A stretch of 64,000 nt of DNA from a virus. Within the stretch, counting starts at the first letter, position 1. Each line of letters begins with the position of its first letter. The stretch covers positions 1 through 64,000 of the IMG/VR virus record IMGVR_UViG_3300043788_000114; one strand, given 5' to 3'. Positions 1 through 8,837 of this stretch are shown in pieces. Under the pieces are notes generated by a model, which did not search any database, was not told the DNA's origin, and was given only the letters and a program-made list of their open reading frames with translations. The translations under genes were made by a program, and so were the position numbers.

Positions 1-309
1 CGAGTCGAAACCGACGAGGACCGCGCCAAGAAATCGCTCGGAGAAAGCGACCAGCCAATCAACGAATGGCTCACCGATCTCGGAGACCCAGAAGAAGGCG
101 ACCACACCTTCGACCGAACCAGACAGTACATCCAAGACCACCCGGAAGAATTCAAAATCCCCATTGCCCGTCCCAAGACTACCGCAGAAGAGGGACTCGC
201 AGTTGGAGGTCCTGAACCGGCTAAAGGTGAGCCCGGAGGACCTGCGGAAAGCACCGCCAATAACCCGCCTGCTAAAGAGCGCGTTCGGGGGAAGAAAACT
301 CGTTCTTGA
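1..309 (+). CDS. Partial hypothetical protein (3' end)
   Basis: Frame 1 is open from the window start to TGA at 307-309 (RVETDEDRAKKSLGESDQPINEWL...); overlaps the next ORF. Confidence 0.45.
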   Translation, partial: RVETDEDRAKKSLGESDQPINEWLTDLGDPEEGDHTFDRTRQYIQDHPEEFKIPIARPKTTAEEGLAVGGPEPAKGEPGGPAESTANNPPAKERVRGKKTRS

Positions 310-811
310 TGCGATGCGTTTCGCCACGAGCGATGAAGTAATCGAGCCATTCCTTGAGAAATACGATTCCCTTTCCGAGCAGGACAGAAGGGCGGCTTCC
401 TTCGAAGCAATCGGCCTATCTGCTGGGTTGAATCTTAATCACCTCTACGGATCGGCAAGCATTGCCGTAGCCGCGTACTGCGGAAACAAGAGCCGCCTGA
501 TCGCCGTAACCAATCATCCCAAGGTGATGCAGAAGCGAGTCGAGTATGCACTCATCGCTGGCGGCGAAAAAGATCGCACCGCTTTGGACATTATGGTTGG
601 CTCTCAGCAATCTGCTAAAGGACCGACATTCATCGGAAAAGCGATATTCGGTGGTCCTTCCGCCAAGAAAGCGAAGGGCGATGATGACGACGATTCGGAA
701 GAGGAAACAGCGGCTACGCCGATGGTGGATGACATCGACGGTCTTTTCCCGGCAGCGGACGTAGTGCAGAACAAGTTGGTACCGATCCGGCAGAGATTGC
801 TCGATAAGTAA
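164..811 (+). CDS. Hypothetical protein, possible terminase small subunit; start uncertain
   Basis: 215-aa helical ORF one gene upstream of TerL; frame is open back to the window start. Confidence 0.55.
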   Translation: MPVPRLPQKRDSQLEVLNRLKVSPEDLRKAPPITRLLKSAFGGRKLVLDAMRFATSDEVIEPFLEKYDSLSEQDRRAASFEAIGLSAGLNLNHLYGSASIAVAAYCGNKSRLIAVTNHPKVMQKRVEYALIAGGEKDRTALDIMVGSQQSAKGPTFIGKAIFGGPSAKKAKGDDDDDSEEETAATPMVDDIDGLFPAADVVQNKLVPIRQRLLDK

Positions 812-843
812 GGTGAAAAATGGCGAATTATTGTGGAGGATAC

Positions 844-911
844 AGGGGTGTCGAGCGTTGCCACGCTCAGCTTTCGCCAGTCCATCTCAGGAGGATGGCC
901 ATGACACCCCT
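844..911 (+). promoter_or_regulatory. Structured leader sequestering SD and ATG of the HNH-AP2 gene
   Basis: AGGGGTGTC (844-852) pairs with GACACCCCT (903-911); inner hairpins GAGCGT/ACGCTC and CCATC/GATGG, the latter holding AGGAGG. Confidence 0.65.
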
Positions 912-1809
912 TCAATCGAGATTACCATCGATATTTGGCTGCATATGTCGTGACGAACACTGTCTGATCCCTCGCGGAAAATGCCACTGCGGTTGCGGAA
1001 AAGATACGCCGATAGCGAAAAAGACAAGAAAAGAACGCGGTGATGTTAGGGGATACCCGCATAAATATATTCTTGGCCACACGAGAAATGTTGGACACCG
1101 CCCCTTTCTTCCAGCAGGCATGTGCGTGTGTCGCGATCCAAATTGCACAATACCATTTGGTTTTTGCCACTGCGGATGTGGTCAGAAAACAAATATTGCG
1201 CCAAATTCTGATACGAAATCTTATTGGATTAAGGGTTTGCCAATTCCATTTCTTCTTGGTCACCATCGTAGGGAAATTCCAATTGCTGAAGATGCCGCGC
1301 CATTCAAAATCAACGGCTTCTATTGTAGATTGATTCCACTAACGCAGGGATTGCATGTAATCATTTGGGAGGCAGACTACAAATACTTAATGCACTGGAA
1401 GTGGTTTGCTGTTTGGGATGAGAATGCAAGATCGTTCTATGCTGGACGCCAAATAAGGGAGAAAAAAGGGAAACAATACACGCAATACATGCATCGGCAG
1501 CTTCTTGGTCTTGGAAAAGGCGATAAGCGACTAGGAGATCACGCAAACGGCAACACCCTAGACTGCCGCAGAGACAATCTTCGCTATGCAGGCTACGACG
1601 GCAACGCTCGTAATAGGAAAAAGCAACGCAACAATACGTCTGGTTTTAAGGGAGTTTCGCTAGATAGAGATACGGGGTTATATTCAGCAAATATAAGGGT
1701 CAACGGGGTATTGATTTATCTCGGGAGAAGGGGTTCTGCGCGCTTAGCTCACGAACTATATTGCTTTGCATCCAAATCGCTCCATGGAGAATTTTCTCGT
1801 GTACAGTGA
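901..1809 (+). CDS. HNH homing endonuclease with C-terminal AP2 domain and N-terminal CHCGCG repeats
   Basis: DHANGNTLDCRRDNLR HNH motif; NNTSGFKGVS...YSANIRVNG..IYLG AP2 motif; two CHCGCG repeats; SD AGGAGG before ATG 901. Confidence 0.9.
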   Translation: MTPLQSRLPSIFGCICRDEHCLIPRGKCHCGCGKDTPIAKKTRKERGDVRGYPHKYILGHTRNVGHRPFLPAGMCVCRDPNCTIPFGFCHCGCGQKTNIAPNSDTKSYWIKGLPIPFLLGHHRREIPIAEDAAPFKINGFYCRLIPLTQGLHVIIWEADYKYLMHWKWFAVWDENARSFYAGRQIREKKGKQYTQYMHRQLLGLGKGDKRLGDHANGNTLDCRRDNLRYAGYDGNARNRKKQRNNTSGFKGVSLDRDTGLYSANIRVNGVLIYLGRRGSARLAHELYCFASKSLHGEFSRVQ

Positions 1810-3958
1810 GCGCATCGCATTGCAAAACTTAAACTACTTCGCATCCTCTGAAGGATGGATGCCGGTTTACCACACCTTCGACGAGATCAGGAACTTCACA
1901 GCCTACATCAATAAAATCGTCAAGCCGATGGAGTCCAACTCCAAAAGCACCTACTACGGTCTCGTCGAGCCGATCACTGAAAAGCGCAGACAAGAAATAT
2001 ACCGCTGGATCGAGAACGAGCAAATTCTTTGCGGCCTCGATTATGGATATTGGCGTGACAATTACGCCTACGTCGTGAACGAAGGTGGACAGGTCGTAAA
2101 GTTCAAGAACAGGCGCTCGCAGGATGTGTTCGACTCCGTTGTCGCGATGCTAGAAGAGCAGGAGGCGGGCATACAGATACTCACGCTGAAGGCTCGTCAG
2201 GTGGGCATCACTACGCTGGTCGCTTTGATGTTTATTCACAGGATGCTTTTCGTCCCGAACACGCTCGCCGTCATGGCCTCGGTGCAAAAAGAGAAGTCGG
2301 AAGAGATCGAAGTTAAGCTCAACACGGCTTACGAAATGTGTCCTTTCTGGCTGAAGCCAATGAGAGAGCCGAAGAGGAGCTTTTCGAACGGATCGCGCCT
2401 CAACATCGAATCTGGAATGCAACCGAAGGGAATTGCGCAGGGAAAAACGCCAACGCTAATTCACATTTCCGAGATCGGGCTGATCCCGAATCCGCACAAT
2501 GTGATCGAAGAAGGACTTCTCCCGGCCACGCACTCGAACAAAAACCTGTTCATGGTATTCGAAGGAACCGGCTCCGGCAACGTTGGATGGTTCCCAGACT
2601 TCTGGCGCTCGCAGAAGAGAGACTGGCCGCTCGGGCTCGCCAGAATGTGCCCGGTATTCATTTCGTGGCCGCTCGCAACCGATCTGTACCCTCAAGCAGA
2701 CTGGCTAAGACAGCATCCTGTTCCAGCGGGATTCTACGAAAAGAGGACCGAGGCAACCAAGGCTCACATTTCTCGGTGCGAATCGTATATCCGCAACACT
2801 CCTTACCTTTCGAAAGTCGTCGGATCAAGCTACCGCGTGCCTATCGAGCAACAATGGTTCTGGGAATTTGAGTGGCGTCAAGCAAAGGAAAGACATTCCC
2901 TGTTCCAGCACGCCGCGCGGCTCCCGGCAGACGATTTTGAGGCTCTCACGGGAGAACACGATAGCGTCTTTGATCAAGAAAAAATCATGGAGATCGAGGA
3001 CCACATTTACGAAATCAAAACAGATGGGTCCAAGTCGCGGCGGAAACCGGTGCAGGCTTACGCAATCACTGGTCACTCGATTGACGAGGAGTTCGAGCCG
3101 GAGGATTCGCAGATCGATCCTTATGAAGAGGTGATCCACCTGATCTGGAGATCGCATCGTGGCGAGCGTTACGATTGGGAATTAGTTCCGCTCCGTCCGT
3201 TCGACGAGGAAAATGAGAATGAGACTCTGGACAAACTTCTGGTCTTCGAGCCGCCGAAAAAAGGAGAACTCTACAGTTGCGGTGTGGACACGGCGCACGG
3301 CCTCGGCAAAGAGGATGAAGATCGTTTTTGCGCATCGATGACGCGCGTTTCAAGTGGATCAGGCTCCGACGTTCAATCCTGTGAACTCACTTCAAATCGC
3401 TTCTCCCCAGCGCAGGCCGTTCCGTTCCTTGCCGCAATAGCAACGTGGTACGGACAGGGATCAGGGCACTATCGCGGCGTCAAATTCTCCATCGAACAGG
3501 TTGAAGGCCCCGGCGACACGTGCCAGAACCAATTAAAGATTATGGGTTTTTCATGGCACCACACTCCGGGAAGGCTCGATGGCAAGAAGATCAAAGACGA
3601 AAACCGGCACCGTGAAGGTTGGTACTCTAACAAAACGACCGTGCCGATTCTCATGGACCGTTTCGTTGAGGCTGTGAATGGCGGCTGGTACGTTCCTCAG
3701 TCCAAATGGCTGATCGAGGAATTGAAGACGCTCGAACGTCACACGGTGGACGGTGGCAGGGACAAGATGGTTCACCAGAAAAGTAAACACGACGACAGAG
3801 TGCGTGGCGCTGCGCAGAGCTATTTGAATATGCACACCTACGACGATCTTGCAATGCGCAGTCAAAGGCGCTACGCTGTCCCACATAAGAAAAAGCATGA
3901 CCCCAACGAAGGCGTTTGCATGGCGAACGCTTTCTCTGTGGGCGACTGGAACGAATGA
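1799..3958 (+). CDS. terL: Terminase large subunit
   Basis: Walker A-like LKARQVGITT, Walker B-like LIHISE, coupling motif EGTG, RNase H acidic residues GVDTA and HDDRV; GTG start after GGAG. Confidence 0.9.
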   Translation: MYSERIALQNLNYFASSEGWMPVYHTFDEIRNFTAYINKIVKPMESNSKSTYYGLVEPITEKRRQEIYRWIENEQILCGLDYGYWRDNYAYVVNEGGQVVKFKNRRSQDVFDSVVAMLEEQEAGIQILTLKARQVGITTLVALMFIHRMLFVPNTLAVMASVQKEKSEEIEVKLNTAYEMCPFWLKPMREPKRSFSNGSRLNIESGMQPKGIAQGKTPTLIHISEIGLIPNPHNVIEEGLLPATHSNKNLFMVFEGTGSGNVGWFPDFWRSQKRDWPLGLARMCPVFISWPLATDLYPQADWLRQHPVPAGFYEKRTEATKAHISRCESYIRNTPYLSKVVGSSYRVPIEQQWFWEFEWRQAKERHSLFQHAARLPADDFEALTGEHDSVFDQEKIMEIEDHIYEIKTDGSKSRRKPVQAYAITGHSIDEEFEPEDSQIDPYEEVIHLIWRSHRGERYDWELVPLRPFDEENENETLDKLLVFEPPKKGELYSCGVDTAHGLGKEDEDRFCASMTRVSSGSGSDVQSCELTSNRFSPAQAVPFLAAIATWYGQGSGHYRGVKFSIEQVEGPGDTCQNQLKIMGFSWHHTPGRLDGKKIKDENRHREGWYSNKTTVPILMDRFVEAVNGGWYVPQSKWLIEELKTLERHTVDGGRDKMVHQKSKHDDRVRGAAQSYLNMHTYDDLAMRSQRRYAVPHKKKHDPNEGVCMANAFSVGDWNE

Positions 3959-3970
3959 CCGGGAGGAAGT

Positions 3971-4231
3971 ATGGGATTCAAAGATTGGTTCAAGAAGAAA
4001 GAGAAGCCGCCAGCGGTGACGCTTGTCGCGGAAGCACCTGCCGAATTGGATGAGGTCAGCAGGGTCGCAAACCATTTCGCCAAAGGCGGCGAGATCGTCG
4101 ATCTGACGAACCGCGACCGCAAACCGAATGACGGAATGCCTTCCGATCAGAGCATGATGCACCCGTGGAACGAGGCACACACGGGTACGCGGAGAGGACT
4201 ATCCAATCTGGGGAAGGGGGATCGGCGATGA
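3971..4231 (+). CDS. Hypothetical protein
   Basis: 86-aa ORF with SD GGAGG. Confidence 0.6.
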   Translation: MGFKDWFKKKEKPPAVTLVAEAPAELDEVSRVANHFAKGGEIVDLTNRDRKPNDGMPSDQSMMHPWNEAHTGTRRGLSNLGKGDRR

Positions 4232-4650
4232 GTGAGCGGAAGATCGCAGTACCGGAAGGAATGCTGAAGGCGGCACTGGATGGGCTGGGCATCGAAATTG
4301 TGGAGGCGCGGCGACAGTATGTTGAGAACGCCCTCGAAGCTGCCCTGCGCTGGCTGAGCTTGCATCCGGTGGTGCCGACAAAGGAGCAGACTGTAGTTTT
4401 ACGTGACTTGGACACCAACATATCAGCACAGTATGGACAAACTGCTCCAACATGCGCGTCTGTCTCGGCAGTAGTGACATTCTGGCAGCGCCGCATGTTC
4501 CTCGCGCCGGAGCAGGAAGTGATTCCAGTCGCGCAGACTATAGACCTAATCTGGAAAGCCCCAGAGGGAGACAGCCAAGACAGGAAAGATGCGAGAAACA
4601 CAACAACGACGTTTTTGAAGCCTATCGGAGAGGCCAGAAAGCAGGTGTGA
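4228..4650 (+). CDS. Hypothetical protein
   Basis: ATGA overlap with the previous gene; MSERKIAVPEGMLKAA... Confidence 0.6.
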   Translation: MSERKIAVPEGMLKAALDGLGIEIVEARRQYVENALEAALRWLSLHPVVPTKEQTVVLRDLDTNISAQYGQTAPTCASVSAVVTFWQRRMFLAPEQEVIPVAQTIDLIWKAPEGDSQDRKDARNTTTTFLKPIGEARKQV

Positions 4651-4651
4651 G

Positions 4652-4882
4652 ATGAATATCGGAGACTTCCAAGGGCACTGCTCTACAACTAGCACACCGC
4701 GCTACTAGAATCCGATGTGTCGCTGCCAAACTTACCCAGATAATCTTGGTCCGTGCAGAACGTGGGAGGAAGGCGGCAATGGGAGATGTGTTTACTGCGA
4801 CCATGAACGAGATTGCCACTTCATTCTGACTGGCATGACACATGGCGAGCCGAATGCGGAGGGAAAGGAAATTCCGCTATGA
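4652..4882 (+). pseudogene. Cys-rich small protein interrupted by an in-frame TAG (paralogue of the C-terminus of 51505-51999)
   Basis: MNIGDFQGHCSTTSTPRY*NPMCRCQTYPDNLGPC...GGNGRCVYCDHERDCH; TAG at 4706-4708. Confidence 0.65.
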
Positions 4883-5067
4883 ATGCCTCACAATTTACGC
4901 AAAAACAGATCAACGCGATTTGGAATAAGTTGGATGGGTTCCCTGTCGGTGAATGGAGCGATGTATCTTCATGCGTAACCATCCCGTTCGCAAAGGCCAG
5001 AATTACCGTAAACGGAGAATTGGAACGCTCACTCGAAATATCGATTGAGCCTCTGGTGGTCAACTGA
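4879..5067 (+). CDS. Hypothetical protein
   Basis: ATGA overlap, SD-like AAGGA upstream. Confidence 0.5.
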   Translation: MNASQFTQKQINAIWNKLDGFPVGEWSDVSSCVTIPFAKARITVNGELERSLEISIEPLVVN

Positions 5068-5074
5068 GGTAATT

Positions 5075-5749
5075 ATGAAGTTTATCCGTCTCACTAAGCG
5101 CCATAACGAGCACGAGCGATGCCTCGTTTTATGGACTCCGTGGATGACAGTCGTGTTCGACTTTGGTTCTGTGCAGTGCAGAGGAACCGACGAGTTCGAA
5201 CTGGTGATCAAATATCGCGCGTGGGGTCCTGTTTTCTACTGGGGAAACCGCGACATTGAGAAGTTGGGCGAGCGGAACAAGTTCGACAGTTTCCAGTTCG
5301 CCCGCATTCAGCCGCGTTACGCAGAACTTCGTAAGAAGCGTATCGATGACCGCGACTTCTACGAAATCCGGGAACAACTCGTCCGTCAAGGCAAGCGGAA
5401 AAACCCTGCCAACATGACCTATGCCGAGCGCCATGCGGCGACGATGGATGCGGTGAAAACGATGGAGTTCAGCAACAACTTCGTCCACCTGATGACGACG
5501 CCAGTAGCTAAACTTGCCTTGGAGCGTGGCGAGATTGTGACGGACGACGTGACAGGCGAGGTGTTAACGGAGAAGATTTACGACGAGCACGCAGAAAAAA
5601 GCCTAAAACTACCAGTCCGCAACATGGGGATTTTGGGATTCAAAAAAGCAAAGGACCGAGACGGTTACGAGGCAATATGCGTACCGGGCATGGAGCGTCG
5701 GCAAATGGCGACGAGCGAAGATTTGAAGATGATCGGAGGCGGAGAATGA
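5075..5749 (+). CDS. Hypothetical protein
   Basis: SD GAGGT; 224-aa ORF. Confidence 0.65.
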   Translation: MKFIRLTKRHNEHERCLVLWTPWMTVVFDFGSVQCRGTDEFELVIKYRAWGPVFYWGNRDIEKLGERNKFDSFQFARIQPRYAELRKKRIDDRDFYEIREQLVRQGKRKNPANMTYAERHAATMDAVKTMEFSNNFVHLMTTPVAKLALERGEIVTDDVTGEVLTEKIYDEHAEKSLKLPVRNMGILGFKKAKDRDGYEAICVPGMERRQMATSEDLKMIGGGE

Positions 5750-6456
5750 ATAGGCGATCCCTTTTCAAGTTCTTTGGTATCGGAGTGGCGACGGCTGTGG
5801 TTGCGCCTAATTTCCTAGTTGAAACAAAGATGCGTAAACTCGATAAAGTAGTCAGCAGGAGGACAAATATCCCATCGCCATCGATATGCGGCGATATGTA
5901 CGAGCGGCCCCGCAAAGGATACGATTATAGTATCGGCGTGTACGTCGGAGACGAGATAAGCAGTCTTGATCCTTCCTGTATATCGATAATGCGCAAGGGT
6001 AACGGTAATGAATCAGATGTGCAAGCAGCCGAATTTATATACGGGCAGATGAGCGTGCTCGCATTAGTCGAACAGGTTGCATATTGGGCCAAGTGGTACG
6101 GCGCTAAGTGCAAGGATTCAAGAGGTCCACTAATAGTGATTGAACAGGTACAAGGGTATGGAGACCTTTGTCAAGCACAGTTGAAGATCGCAGGAATGAC
6201 ACGTTTTCATCGTGCCGCAGGGTATATTCCAAACAAGCCGCCAATGGTCAGAGATGGGTGGTATAGCACAAGGATGTCCACCCCACTTATTTTCTACAGA
6301 TTTTTTGAAGCGCTTGAGAATGGCTGGTACCGACCGAATTCAGAGACACTGAAGGACTGTCTGAAGCAGTACCCGCCAGAGGATTCAAGAAGAGGATGCC
6401 TCGCAGCGGCGGCGCAGTCTTACGTAGGCGCTCATGGATTGGAGCGTCGAGCATGA
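5746..6456 (+). CDS. Inactive paralogue of the terminase nuclease domain with Tat-like N-terminus
   Basis: Collinear with the TerL C-terminus (SDVQ, IEQV.G.GD.CQ.QLKI.G, GWYS, GWY.P.S, AAQSY), but GVD is GVY and HDD is absent. Confidence 0.85.
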   Translation: MNRRSLFKFFGIGVATAVVAPNFLVETKMRKLDKVVSRRTNIPSPSICGDMYERPRKGYDYSIGVYVGDEISSLDPSCISIMRKGNGNESDVQAAEFIYGQMSVLALVEQVAYWAKWYGAKCKDSRGPLIVIEQVQGYGDLCQAQLKIAGMTRFHRAAGYIPNKPPMVRDGWYSTRMSTPLIFYRFFEALENGWYRPNSETLKDCLKQYPPEDSRRGCLAAAAQSYVGAHGLERRA

Positions 6457-7151
6457 GCAAATGGATCAATGTCACGAAGGCACTTCCCGACACTGAAACA
6501 CCGCGTATCGTCGGATGGATGGCTGGGCGAGCTGAGCCGTGCTGGTTTTCTGACGGCAAGTGGTACCTCTACGATGGCACGTTCTTTCTCACCGAAAAGA
6601 GCAGAATCCACACCGTAACGCATTGGATGGCCATCGACTGGATGACGTCAATGGAGTGGCCAGCGCACGGACCGGGTATCGTCAACCGATTACGGCACCA
6701 CGTGGGGCGATTGACGCGAGGAGCGTCAAACATGGCACGCGACATGCGACCGGGAGGATGGGGAAGCAAAGCGCAGCTTTCAAAAAAGCCTGTTTTCTAT
6801 CGCGACTCCTCCGGTAAGATCATGAGCGGGATGCCAGAGAATGTTCCGACACCGCGTGGATTGGAAAGGATAGTCTGCGGTTCCGCTATCGAAGCTGAGC
6901 GATACTCCGAAATGCAGCGTCGGCAAGAACGCGTCGAGCATGGTCGCGAATCCGAAAGGCGCGGGGCTATCGAAGCGGAGTTCCAAGCCGAAATTCGCTC
7001 GGAGATGCGGACAAAAATGGCGAATGCGAGGAATCCAATCAACCGCGAATTCATGCGGCGGGCGCTCGAACGGAACGCACAGATAGGCGATCCGACCGCT
7101 TACGAACGCGAGAGCTACCTACACGCAGAAGGATTCGAACAAGGCCATTGA
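6453..7151 (+). CDS. DUF551-like N-terminal domain protein
   Basis: MSKWINVTKALP...VTHWM motif typical of DUF551; charged helical C-terminus. Confidence 0.65.
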   Translation: MSKWINVTKALPDTETPRIVGWMAGRAEPCWFSDGKWYLYDGTFFLTEKSRIHTVTHWMAIDWMTSMEWPAHGPGIVNRLRHHVGRLTRGASNMARDMRPGGWGSKAQLSKKPVFYRDSSGKIMSGMPENVPTPRGLERIVCGSAIEAERYSEMQRRQERVEHGRESERRGAIEAEFQAEIRSEMRTKMANARNPINREFMRRALERNAQIGDPTAYERESYLHAEGFEQGH

Positions 7152-7164
7152 AAGCAGGGAATCC

Positions 7165-7530
7165 GTGGACGCCATCGATCAGTTGCTCTACATGCCTGCA
7201 TCGTTCGTTTGCGACAAGTGCAACTTTCATTTGGAAAAGGCAACTCTCTTCGCGGCCTCCGGGGAGATCGGTATTCCAGTGGAAGGCTATGAGCCGGAAC
7301 CGTGCCCCAACGATGGAGAGCTTCTCCGTCACGTGACATGGAAAGAGGCGTATGAAAACACGATCAAGCACAGCAACGAAATGATGCTGGCTTTGATCGA
7401 ATCGGTGAAACTTCAGAGCCACTACGCGGCGCAACTCAATGCATACGACGAGGGTAGAAGAAGAGAGTTTTCGTGCCCAGCGGAGTGGATTCAAAGGCTG
7501 ATCGACACGGGCGTGATTGAGTCCCGTTAA
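7165..7530 (+). CDS. Hypothetical Zn-ribbon protein
   Basis: CDKC...CPND motif. Confidence 0.55.
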   Translation: MDAIDQLLYMPASFVCDKCNFHLEKATLFAASGEIGIPVEGYEPEPCPNDGELLRHVTWKEAYENTIKHSNEMMLALIESVKLQSHYAAQLNAYDEGRRREFSCPAEWIQRLIDTGVIESR

Positions 7531-7558
7531 TCGGGTAGCAAAATATCTTAAAAATTGC

Positions 7559-7588
7559 TTGACAATGTAGTGCGCAATGCACTACGTT
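7559..7588 (+). promoter_or_regulatory. Sigma70-like promoter with palindromic operator
   Basis: TTGACA 7559-7564, TACGTT 7583-7588; inverted repeat GTAGTGC-N5-GCACTAC 7567-7585; ATG a few nt downstream (possibly leaderless). Confidence 0.65.
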
Positions 7589-7593
7589 TAGCC

Positions 7594-7761
7594 ATGGAAC
7601 GAAGCCCTACAAGTTTCCGCTTATCGACTGTGGCTTTGGAGTTGATTGTCAAACTCTCAAAGGCGCTTGGAGTTTCCCAGACCTCTATCGTGGAGATGGC
7701 GATTCGGGAACTGGCCAAGCGGAACAAGATAAAACTCAGTGGCAAGGAAAGCTCTGTCTAG
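7594..7761 (+). CDS. Ribbon-helix-helix (CopG/Arc-like) regulator
   Basis: TSFRLS beta strand followed by two helices (LSKALGVSQTSIVEMAIRELA). Confidence 0.8.
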   Translation: MERSPTSFRLSTVALELIVKLSKALGVSQTSIVEMAIRELAKRNKIKLSGKESSV

Positions 7762-7835
7762 GCTTGATGGGGAGTGGTGTGCCTGTGCATGACGAGATGC
7801 GGTGCTCCGGGGTTTGGCGTGGTTGGGCGAGGTAC
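7741..7835 (+). repeat. 5-nt periodic GG(Y)NN array, unit 0 (19 pentamers), candidate guide RNA
   Basis: ggcaa ggaaa gctct gtcta ggctt gatgg ggagt ggtgt ... ggttt ggcgt ggttg ggcga ggtac; 17/19 start with G and 17/19 have a pyrimidine at position 3. Confidence 0.85.
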
Positions 7836-7863
7836 TAAAAAATTCAAAAACGAGGTGAATGAT

Positions 7864-8484
7864 ATGGCTTCCAAAGCAACCGCTTTGAGCAATGTGTCTA
7901 ATGATGCGAAATTAGACATCGAGATTCAAACCCCCTTCATGATCGAAGCCTCAATTGAGGGCACAGCACCAATTCTTTTTCACAGATGGAGTTGTGAGGC
8001 TGTTGCAGAAAAAGCTGCCAGCAAAAAGGGCAGCGCGGCGAAGAAGAGCGACAATATCGAGAGCTACATGTACAAGACTGACAAAGGCGAGATTGCGATT
8101 CCTTCCGAGTATTTCCGCCAGTCGATCATCCACGCCGCGAAGTTCAAGCAGGACCCGCGCAGCCCGCGCAAAAGTGCGATGGACCTCTTCAAGGCAGGCG
8201 TTTGCACTATCGGTGAATTGTGTTCGCTAGGCGCGAAGGAACCAGACTATCTTGATCAGCGCCGCGTTGTGATTCAGCGCAACGGGATCACGAGAGTCCG
8301 TCCAGCGATGCTTGCTGGTTGGAAATGTAGTGTCAGCCTGCAAGTTCTTCTGCCAGAATACATCGATCACCAGATGTTGCACGAAACGCTCTCCTACGCA
8401 GGAAGGATCGTTGGTGTTGGGGATTTTCGGCCTTCATTCGGCAGGTTTGCAGTCACCGCCTTCAATGTGATCGCACTGAAGTAA
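7864..8484 (+). CDS. Stand-alone RAMP/Cas7-like protein (Vipr-like)
   Basis: N-terminal strand IEGTAPILFH, IAIPSEYFRQSI resembling Cas7-group IPGSSxKG, C-terminal G-loop AGRIVGVGDFRPSFGRFAV; SD GAGGTG. Confidence 0.75.
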   Translation: MASKATALSNVSNDAKLDIEIQTPFMIEASIEGTAPILFHRWSCEAVAEKAASKKGSAAKKSDNIESYMYKTDKGEIAIPSEYFRQSIIHAAKFKQDPRSPRKSAMDLFKAGVCTIGELCSLGAKEPDYLDQRRVVIQRNGITRVRPAMLAGWKCSVSLQVLLPEYIDHQMLHETLSYAGRIVGVGDFRPSFGRFAVTAFNVIALK

Positions 8485-8835
8485 GTTCTGGCACACCATT
8501 CTCGGGCGAGTTAAGGTCTGATGGGGCGGGGCGAGATTGGGTCGGTCATGGTTTTGCGTGGAGTGGTTGTGTCTGGATTGGTCTGGTCCGGGCCTTCAGG
8601 CCGGTTTGGTTTGCTAGGGATTGGTCAGGATAGTTGAGCACGGGTGATGTGGGTCCGGGCGAGACTAGGACTGGTAATCCACGGACTGGCGCGGATCGGC
8701 AGGGTTGGTCGAGAAATGGTCTGGCAGGGAACGGGCCAAAAGGCCGGTATGGTTTGGTGAGCTACCGCGTGGAAGTGTTGGGACAGGCGTGGCCCGGTCC
8801 GGCTGGCTGAGGTTTGGTAGTGTGAGATGTGGAAA
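8485..8835 (+). ncRNA. Three GG(Y)NN pentamer tracts (21, 26, 18 units) separated by GGGCC-NNNA-GGCC hairpins; candidate guide array
   Basis: In-phase tracts 8485-8589, 8603-8732, 8746-8835; 13-nt separators at 8590-8602 and 8733-8745. Confidence 0.85.
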
Positions 8836-8837
8836 AT

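Noticed and set aside
4706-4708. Genome-wide TAG recoding
   Set aside because: Many genes end normally at TAG, long ORFs are uninterrupted, and no CTA-anticodon tRNA is in the window
7774-7863. N-terminal extension of the RAMP-like ORF
   Set aside because: Falls within the pentamer tract; SD GAGGTG supports ATG 7864
7741-8835. Canonical CRISPR array or simple microsatellite
   Set aside because: No 25-40-nt identical repeats with unique spacers and no cas1/cas2. Pentamer positions 4-5 are too variable for a slippage satellite.
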